A DNA stretch of 64,000 nucleotides, taken from assembly GCA_041662125.1 (NCBI GenBank), contig JBAZTA010000001.1:195118-259117 (forward strand), read 5' to 3'. The notes beneath the pieces are model-generated. The model ran no database searches, was not told where the DNA came from, and worked only from the letters and a program-made list of their open reading frames with translations. Both the position numbers and the translations under genes were made by a program. Each line of letters opens with the position of its first letter. The stretch's first letter is position 1. Below, piece after piece: positions 57,647 to 64,000 of this stretch. The stretch is from Candidatus Omnitrophota bacterium. Its GTDB lineage: Bacteria > Omnitrophota > Gorgyraeia > Gygaellales > Profunditerraquicolaceae.

Positions 57647-58093
57647 TTACTTCTCATTCTGATATAAATATTTACTGAGTAACTCCCAGGTCTTCTTACC
57701 AGCGGCTCCATCAGCCTTCAAGTTATTGCCTCTCTGAAAAGACTTGATCGCTTCCTTGGTCTGTTTTCCCTTACGTCCATCGATCCTTCCCGGATCAAAA
57801 CCCGCATTCTTTAACGCGACCTGAATTTGCTTCATAGTAGGGCGCATGACTTTTAAAGAAACTGTTTCGACAAACGTTACTTTAGATGAAGAGTTTTCTT
57901 CAGTCACCCTGCGCAAAGCATCGCGTAAACTGCTGATTTCCTGGTCTTTAGCCTGAAGCTGCGCTTCCAAGACACCGACCTGATTACGTAAACCCTGGCT
58001 CTCAAGATCAGCTGATTTATGGGTTGTCGCGCATCCGTTTAAAAGAAATAAACCAGATAAAGCCATGGAAAAAACTATTGCCTTCTTAACCAT
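57647..58093 (-). CDS. Lipoprotein with peptidoglycan-binding (PG_binding_1) domain
   Basis: 148 aa. Lipobox LLNGC; C-terminal ALKNAGFDPGRIDGRKGKQTKEAIKSFQRGNNLKADGAAGKKTWELL. Confidence 0.6.
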   Translation of the reverse strand: MVKKAIVFSMALSGLFLLNGCATTHKSADLESQGLRNQVGVLEAQLQAKDQEISSLRDALRRVTEENSSSKVTFVETVSLKVMRPTMKQIQVALKNAGFDPGRIDGRKGKQTKEAIKSFQRGNNLKADGAAGKKTWELLSKYLYQNEK

Positions 58094-58135
58094 CTTCTAC
58101 CTCCTTGGTATCCAAGTTACATTTCATTGACTCAC

Positions 58136-58861
58136 CTACGCTAACCGCAACGCTTCCTGAAGCGTAAACTTACCTTCATACAGCGCTTTCCCGACAATAA
58201 CACCCGTCAAGCCTTCCTTTTCTAATGACTTCAGCCTCGAAATATCAGCCAGGTTTGATATCCCTCCTGAAGCAACAACACCGATACCAACTTTCTTTAA
58301 CAAAACACTGATCGCCTCAATATTAGGCCCTTTGAGAGTCCCATCTTTCAAGATATCCGTATAAATAAGTTCGGTAAACCCTAAGCTTTTTAATTGACGG
58401 GCGAATTCCAGCACTTCGACACCTTCAAAACTTTCTTTCCACCCCTTCGTCAATATGTGGCCGCTTTTAGCATCGATACTGACAATGACCTTATTTTTGA
58501 AACGCTTAAACGCATCTTCCAGGAAATTACGATCTTCAACTGCCTTAGTTCCTAAAATAACCCGGGAAACTCCTGCTTCAAGCAGTTCTTTGATCGTATC
58601 AATAGTGCGTACTCCTCCGCCAAATTCAACCGGTGTTTTAATTGTTTCAATGATCTGTTTTACTTTATCTAAATTACGCGGCCTGCCTAATGCCGCGCCA
58701 TCCAAATCAACGATATGGATAAGCGAAGCTCCCTGCGCCGCCCATTTCTTGGCAACTACTACCGGCTCATCAGCGTATACATTGATCGTTTTATCAAACC
58801 TGCCCTGCGTAAGCCTGACAACCTTACCATCTTTGATATCTATAGCGGGAATAAGTAACAT
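58136..58861 (-). CDS. hisA: 1-(5-phosphoribosyl)-5-[(5-phosphoribosylamino)methylideneamino]imidazole-4-carboxamide isomerase
   Basis: 241 aa. MLLIPAIDIKDGKVVRL. Confidence 0.9.
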   Translation of the reverse strand: MLLIPAIDIKDGKVVRLTQGRFDKTINVYADEPVVVAKKWAAQGASLIHIVDLDGAALGRPRNLDKVKQIIETIKTPVEFGGGVRTIDTIKELLEAGVSRVILGTKAVEDRNFLEDAFKRFKNKVIVSIDAKSGHILTKGWKESFEGVEVLEFARQLKSLGFTELIYTDILKDGTLKGPNIEAISVLLKKVGIGVVASGGISNLADISRLKSLEKEGLTGVIVGKALYEGKFTLQEALRLA

Positions 58862-58910
58862 TAAAAGCTCCTCAAAACAAACTATGTTAATTGTAACTTT
58901 GTATACTGTA

Positions 58911-59543
58911 TTACAATTCTACAAAGTTCCTTAGTATCTCCAGGCCAACGGTCTGGCTTTTTTCCGGGTGGAACTGCGCGCCGAACACAGTATCCTTCCA
59001 AACCATGGAAGTAAAATCCTCACCGTAATCAGTCACTGCCGCGGAAACTTCAAGCTCTTCGGGCACCGGATAATATGAGTGGCAAAAATAAACAAACACG
59101 TTATCTTTTACCCCTTTTAACAACGGACACTCAAGCATCCTTTGGCTGCGAGTGACTTGATGCAGCTGGTTCCACCCCATATGCGGAACTTTGAGCCCTG
59201 GGCGGGAAGGAAACCGCTTTACCCCTCCTTTAAGAATCCCTAAACCTAACACGCCAGGAGATTCTTCGCTGTATTCAAACAAAAGCTGCATCCCTAAACA
59301 GATCCCCAAAAAAATCTTTTTCTGGCGAATATCCTCTTTGATCGCTGCAACCAAACCTTGTTTTTTAAGTTCCTCCATGGCATCGCCAAAAGCCCCGACT
59401 CCGGGCAATACCAATTTCTCGCATTTCTTGATCTCTTGCGGCTTATTGGTCACCAGCGTCTCTGCACCCATGACTTCCAGTGCTTTCTTGACGCTATGAA
59501 TATTACCCATGCCATAGTCGATGATCGCGATCATGTCAATCAA
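58911..59543 (-). CDS. hisH: Imidazole glycerol phosphate synthase glutamine amidotransferase subunit
   Basis: 210 aa. IAIIDYGMGNIHSV…GVGAFG; catalytic Cys in LGICLGMQ. Confidence 0.9.
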   Translation of the reverse strand: MIDMIAIIDYGMGNIHSVKKALEVMGAETLVTNKPQEIKKCEKLVLPGVGAFGDAMEELKKQGLVAAIKEDIRQKKIFLGICLGMQLLFEYSEESPGVLGLGILKGGVKRFPSRPGLKVPHMGWNQLHQVTRSQRMLECPLLKGVKDNVFVYFCHSYYPVPEELEVSAAVTDYGEDFTSMVWKDTVFGAQFHPEKSQTVGLEILRNFVEL

Positions 59544-60168
59544 TCACACCCTTCGTAGAAGGTACACCTTTGCGACGAGGATCAATCTGAGTTGCCTGGT
59601 CCAAAGCAATGCCTAACGCCTTAAAGACCGGCTCTAAAGTCGTATGCAAATCAATTGATATCGGTTCAACAAAAATATTCAGATTCATTCCTAAATGCTC
59701 TGCGAACTGCTCAAGTAAATGCTCCACATCTTTAAGTTCATAGCCTTCTTGATGCTTTGGATTTTCTTTGCGTATACCGCTGAACTTATAAAATGGCCTT
59801 CCGCTAATATCAATTACTACACGTGCGACAACTTCTTCCATCGGAACCGCGGCAAAACCAAATCTTTTAATACCTTTTCTATCGCCAAGGGCTTTACTAA
59901 ACGCCTGCCCCAGAACAATCCCGATGTCTTCGTTAGTATGATGAATATCTACTTTTTTGAAATCACCGGTTGCGTTAATATCCAAATCAAATTGCCCGTG
60001 AAAAGCAAACAACTCTAACATATGGTTTAATAACTTCAAAGGAGTTTTTATCTTTACTTTTCCGCTCCCATCAATATTCAGCGTTACCGTTATATCGGTC
60101 TCTGTAGTTTTTCTTTTTACCGTCGCAATCCTCTTTTTCATGCTCTTCCCCTTCTTTAAACTAGCCAC
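59536..60168 (-). CDS. hisB: Imidazoleglycerol-phosphate dehydratase
   Basis: 210 aa. RKTTETDITVTLNIDGSGK and HH-containing motifs. Confidence 0.85.
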   Translation of the reverse strand: MASLKKGKSMKKRIATVKRKTTETDITVTLNIDGSGKVKIKTPLKLLNHMLELFAFHGQFDLDINATGDFKKVDIHHTNEDIGIVLGQAFSKALGDRKGIKRFGFAAVPMEEVVARVVIDISGRPFYKFSGIRKENPKHQEGYELKDVEHLLEQFAEHLGMNLNIFVEPISIDLHTTLEPVFKALGIALDQATQIDPRRKGVPSTKGVID

Positions 60169-60192
60169 TCTACGCTCTATGGAATACGCTGC

Positions 60193-61419
60193 CTATTCAA
60201 ACCTCGTTTTCACCGAATCAAGATGCTGATGCAGCCCTTCAATACCGGCGATTTTCTCTAAGGGTTCCCGGACTTTTTCCAGAGCCTTCTTAGAATAGCT
60301 GATAATATGGCTGCACTTGACAAAATCCTGCACCGATATCCCGGAGAAAAAACGCGCTGTACCATTGGTCGGTAACACGTGGCTTGGGCCGGCGACATAA
60401 TCTCCTACTGCTGTTGGGCTATAGGGCCCTAAGAAGATCGCGCCCGCGTGCTTAATGCCTTTTACCAAACGCTGGGGATTCTTCACCAGAATTTCTAAAT
60501 GTTCAGGCGCGATTTTATTAGCAACCTCAACCGCCTGTTCTAAATTTTTAGTCAAAACTATAGAACCATTCACCTGGAGAAGCTCAGACTTTATCTCTTT
60601 AGCAAGCGCCTTGGAATTGGTTATTAAGATCGCTACTCCATGCGCATGTTCAGACTGCGCTTTTAAGTCCGCGATAATATATTTCGGGTCGCTATGGCGA
60701 TTAGCTATAATCACCAGTTCAGTGGGTCCGGCAATCATATCAATATCCACATACCCGAATACCTGGCGCTTTGCCTCACTGACATAGATATTGCCGGGGC
60801 CTACGATCTTATCCACACGAGGAATAGTCTTAGTGCCATAAGCCAGTGCCGCGATCCCCTGCGCCCCTCCTACCCGGTAAATCTCATCCACCTTTAAAAG
60901 ATTAGCGACCACCAGGATGTGCGGATTAATATTACCTGATTTATCAGGAGGGCTTATTAAGACTATTTTCTTAACACCGGCAATTTTTGCCGGTAACACC
61001 GTCATATATACCGTTGATACCAGCGGCGCAGTACCCGCAGGGATATAGACTCCGACTTTTTCTAAAGGTTGATAGTTTTCACCCAGAACTAAGCCGTCAG
61101 CATCCCTCATTTTCCAGGATTTCCTGACCGTTTTACGGTAGAATCTATTGACATTATCGATAACAACCTTTAAGCTGGAGACAAAATTCTGCGTAATACT
61201 CTGATAGGCGCCACTGATCTCGGTTTCAGAAACTCGCAGCTGCCGGGGGGCAAACTTAACCTTATCAAATTTCTTAGTATATTTAATAACCGCTTCGTCA
61301 CCGAGCAAACGGACATCCTGCAGGATCTGCCTGACTTTCTCTTCAACGCGCCGGGATTTCACCATCCCGCGGCTATAAATCTTTTCCAATTGTTTACTGT
61401 TAAAACGAATGATCTTCAT
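60193..61419 (-). CDS. hisD: Histidinol dehydrogenase
   Basis: GPGNIYVSEAKRQVFGYVDIDMIAGPTELVIIAN is the HisD signature. Start trimmed to MKIIRF (the ORF-track start at 61461 adds 14 unlikely residues). Confidence 0.85.
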   Translation of the reverse strand: MKIIRFNSKQLEKIYSRGMVKSRRVEEKVRQILQDVRLLGDEAVIKYTKKFDKVKFAPRQLRVSETEISGAYQSITQNFVSSLKVVIDNVNRFYRKTVRKSWKMRDADGLVLGENYQPLEKVGVYIPAGTAPLVSTVYMTVLPAKIAGVKKIVLISPPDKSGNINPHILVVANLLKVDEIYRVGGAQGIAALAYGTKTIPRVDKIVGPGNIYVSEAKRQVFGYVDIDMIAGPTELVIIANRHSDPKYIIADLKAQSEHAHGVAILITNSKALAKEIKSELLQVNGSIVLTKNLEQAVEVANKIAPEHLEILVKNPQRLVKGIKHAGAIFLGPYSPTAVGDYVAGPSHVLPTNGTARFFSGISVQDFVKCSHIISYSKKALEKVREPLEKIAGIEGLHQHLDSVKTRFE

Positions 61420-61472
61420 AATGAGGTCATGGTTTATGTTTACCAAGTAAACATAAACCATCGCTTGTTATT

Positions 61473-64000
61473 TTACTTGCCGACTTCCTGCGCAATGATT
61501 TCCTTTAACTTCGCAAATGCCTGAGGGAAATTCTCAGGTTTGGTCCCACCTGCCTGAGCAAAATCTTTTCTTCCGCCGCCGCTTCCGCCTATGACAGGAG
61601 CAATCTCCTTGTTTAATTTACCAGCATCAAGGGTGAACCCCTGCGCGCTAAAATTAGTCGCAGTAACTAAAAAAGCTTTGCCTTCATACGTAGAGCCTAA
61701 AGCAATAACGCAATTATCAGTTTTTTGCTTAATCATATCAACAGTTTTTCTCAACAGATCCATGTCAACATTATTAAAAACATGGGTAATCAGCAGGATG
61801 TCTTTGATTATCTGGGCACCCTTGATCAAGCTGTCGATTGAAGATTTAACCGCTTCTAATTTCTGGGCGTTCAATTGTTTTTCCAACTCTTTGATATACC
61901 CGATTTTCTTTTGAGCTTCCTGTGCTAATTTCTCTTCCGGCGCCTGCAAAAGCTCAGAAACCTGCTCAATGATCGCTTCCTGTTGCTTGATAGCTTTATA
62001 TGCGTAATGGCCGGTTACCGCTTCGATCCTTCGAACACCACTGGCAACTGAACCTTCCTGAATGATCTTAAAAAGCCCAATTTGTCCGGTTGCAGTAAGG
62101 TGCGTTCCGCCGCATAACTCTAAAGAAACATGAGCGATAGCAACAACCCTTACCTCATCTTCGTATTTTTCACCGAAAAATGCCAACGCGTCGGTTTTTT
62201 TAGCTTCTGCTAAAGACATTTGATGAATATCAAGAGCGCGGTCATCCATAACATATCTATTGACTGCTTCTTCAATACGGTCAAGCTCTTCTTGTGCGAT
62301 ATCCTTAAAATGCGTAAAATCAAAACGCAGCCGCTCAGCAGCCACAAAAGAACCTTGTTGCTGCACGTGCGCGCCCAAAACTTTGCGCAGTGCCGACTGC
62401 AAAAGATGCGTGGCAGTATGGTTACGGGCAATAGAAAGCCTGCGTTCCACATCAAGCTTTGCCACAACCCTATCACCCTTTTTAAACGTCCCGGCTTTCA
62501 CCCGGCCTATATGTAAAACAACTTTATCGATTTTCTTGGTAGCGGTCACTTCGAAAATATTACCATTGTTTTCTATATGGCCCGTATCGCCGACTTGCCC
62601 GCCTGATTCCCCGTAAAAAACTGTTTCATCCAGAATGATTGTCACTTCATCATCCTTCTGGACGCTTTGGATCTGAACAGTATCTTTTATAAGAGCTACT
62701 ATTCTGGCCTCACGAGTAGTGGCGTTATACCCCAAAAAAACAGATTCTTTGATGCCTAACTGCAACTCTTTAACACTGAATACATCGCCCTTCATCTGAC
62801 TCTGCGATTTTGAACGGGATTTCTGCTTTTCCACCTCTTTCTCAAAAGTGTCGAAAGAAATAGTGATTCTATGAGTGTCCAGCCAATGTTTGGTCAACTC
62901 AAACGGGATGCCATACGTATCATACAGCTGAAAGGCAATAACGCCTACTTTCTCGGCATCCGGGGAATTGATAAACCCGTGGAATTTTTCCTTTAATAAC
63001 TCGGGGCTTGCGTTTAACGTATCAATAAAACTCTTTTCTTCCGCCAGTATAATTTCGGCGATATTTTCCCTGCGCTTCTCTAAATCAGGATACGGCACTT
63101 TCATGACTGACGATAAAACCGGCACCAAAGTATACAGAAACGGATGCGCCAGCCCAAGGCCACGTAAATGCAAACAGCTTTTTCTGATCAATTTTCTGAC
63201 AATGTAACCCCGCCCTTCATTTGCAGGCAATACCCCGTCATAAATCGAAAAGCTGATCGCGCGGATATGGTCGGTCACCGCGTAAATGAATTCTTTTGAA
63301 TCTTGCGCATTATGTTTGGCATGCTGCGTGATCTCTTTAATAAGAGGAGCAAACAGGTCAGTTTCAAAATTACTTTTTACCCCCTGCATAACCGCCGCCA
63401 AACGCTCTAATCCCATGCCGGTATCGATATTTTTCTGAGGCAGCGGCTCCAACACTCCTGCGTCTTTACGGTTAAACTGTGTAAAAACCAGGTTCCAAAC
63501 TTCAAGGAACCTGCCGCAGCTGCAACCCGGGTCACAATCATCTTTCCCGCAGCCAACGAGTTTACCCTGGTCAAAAAATATTTCTGAACAGGGCCCGCAA
63601 GGCCCGTTCGGGCCTTTTTCTTTTGCGTCAGACGGCCAGAAGTTATCCTTATCCCCTAACCTGACGATTCTTTGTTCCGGGACTTTGATCGTATCCTTCC
63701 AGATGGCATACGCTTCGTTATCATCTTTATATACCGAAACCCATAATTTCTCTTGGGGCATCTTTAATTCTTGGGTCAAGAATTCCCATCCCCAGGTGAT
63801 CGCGTCTTCTTTAAAATAATCCCCAAAAGAAAAGTTTCCCAGCATCTCGAAAAACGTATGATGGCCGGAAGTCTTACCAACTTTATCCAGGTCATCCGTG
63901 CGCAGGCACCGCTGAGAAGATGCCGCGCGGCGGTAATCCGTTACCAACCCCAGGAATTGTTTTTTAAACTGGTTCATTCCTGCGGGAGTGAATAAAACAG
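61473..64000 (-). CDS. alaS: Alanine--tRNA ligase; 5' end (N-terminal ~30 aa) lies beyond the window end
   Basis: The reading frame continues upstream of the listed Met (…VLFTPAGMNQFK) and matches AlaS LLFTNAGMNQFK. HHTFFEMLGNFSFGDYFK motif and C-terminal DHHA1 region are present. Confidence 0.9.
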   Translation of the reverse strand, partial: VLFTPAGMNQFKKQFLGLVTDYRRAASSQRCLRTDDLDKVGKTSGHHTFFEMLGNFSFGDYFKEDAITWGWEFLTQELKMPQEKLWVSVYKDDNEAYAIWKDTIKVPEQRIVRLGDKDNFWPSDAKEKGPNGPCGPCSEIFFDQGKLVGCGKDDCDPGCSCGRFLEVWNLVFTQFNRKDAGVLEPLPQKNIDTGMGLERLAAVMQGVKSNFETDLFAPLIKEITQHAKHNAQDSKEFIYAVTDHIRAISFSIYDGVLPANEGRGYIVRKLIRKSCLHLRGLGLAHPFLYTLVPVLSSVMKVPYPDLEKRRENIAEIILAEEKSFIDTLNASPELLKEKFHGFINSPDAEKVGVIAFQLYDTYGIPFELTKHWLDTHRITISFDTFEKEVEKQKSRSKSQSQMKGDVFSVKELQLGIKESVFLGYNATTREARIVALIKDTVQIQSVQKDDEVTIILDETVFYGESGGQVGDTGHIENNGNIFEVTATKKIDKVVLHIGRVKAGTFKKGDRVVAKLDVERRLSIARNHTATHLLQSALRKVLGAHVQQQGSFVAAERLRFDFTHFKDIAQEELDRIEEAVNRYVMDDRALDIHQMSLAEAKKTDALAFFGEKYEDEVRVVAIAHVSLELCGGTHLTATGQIGLFKIIQEGSVASGVRRIEAVTGHYAYKAIKQQEAIIEQVSELLQAPEEKLAQEAQKKIGYIKELEKQLNAQKLEAVKSSIDSLIKGAQIIKDILLITHVFNNVDMDLLRKTVDMIKQKTDNCVIALGSTYEGKAFLVTATNFSAQGFTLDAGKLNKEIAPVIGGSGGGRKDFAQAGGTKPENFPQAFAKLKEIIAQEVGK

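Noticed and set aside
1-64000. CRISPR arrays, rRNA/tRNA genes, transposases, integrases and prophage genes
   Set aside because: I looked for direct-repeat/spacer periodicity, cloverleaf-capable intergenic segments and DDE or tyrosine-recombinase motifs and found none. The intergenic space is very small, apart from 12013-12600 and 20932-21169, which are described above.

Overview
This 64 kb window is from a bacterial chromosome with moderate-to-low GC, and nearly all genes lie on the minus strand. Read by rising coordinate it contains: (1) an exopolysaccharide locus at 1-12012: glycosyltransferases of families GT4 and GT2, three SAM-dependent methyltransferases, a Wzx-type flippase, a Wzy/O-antigen-ligase-like membrane protein, a Wzc-type tyrosine autokinase, and a plus-strand ABC-2 exporter whose permease carries an in-frame TAG. 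(2) A convergent intergenic region at 12013-12600 with a ~235 bp composite hairpin and a GC-rich ~164 nt structured RNA-like element. (3) A compact RiPP-like cassette at 12601-15354 that is not in the ORF track: radical SAM/SPASM enzyme, a 52-aa Cys/Ser/Thr-rich precursor peptide with a lasso-type YxxPxL leader motif and C-terminal Ser, an S24/S26-like peptidase, an HprK-related kinase and a PqqD-family RiPP-recognition element. A PF14907-like nucleotidyltransferase lies further upstream. (4) A 1852-aa secreted protein made of two ~500-aa tandem repeats and a C-terminal gingipain-like C25 peptidase domain. (5) A Wza-like exporter, an ExeA-like AAA ATPase, an HD-GYP protein and two paralogous HTH / secretin / coiled-coil-TPR modules. 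(6) A response regulator, a sensor kinase and a methyl-accepting chemotaxis protein. (7) A TusA-like gene plus an Hdr/Mvh-type NiFe hydrogenase cluster. (8) Housekeeping genes (ksgA, pdxA, surA-like, a short mfd, secDF, yajC, rpsP), a his operon and a partial alaS. No rRNA, tRNA, CRISPR array, transposase or integrase was recognised.
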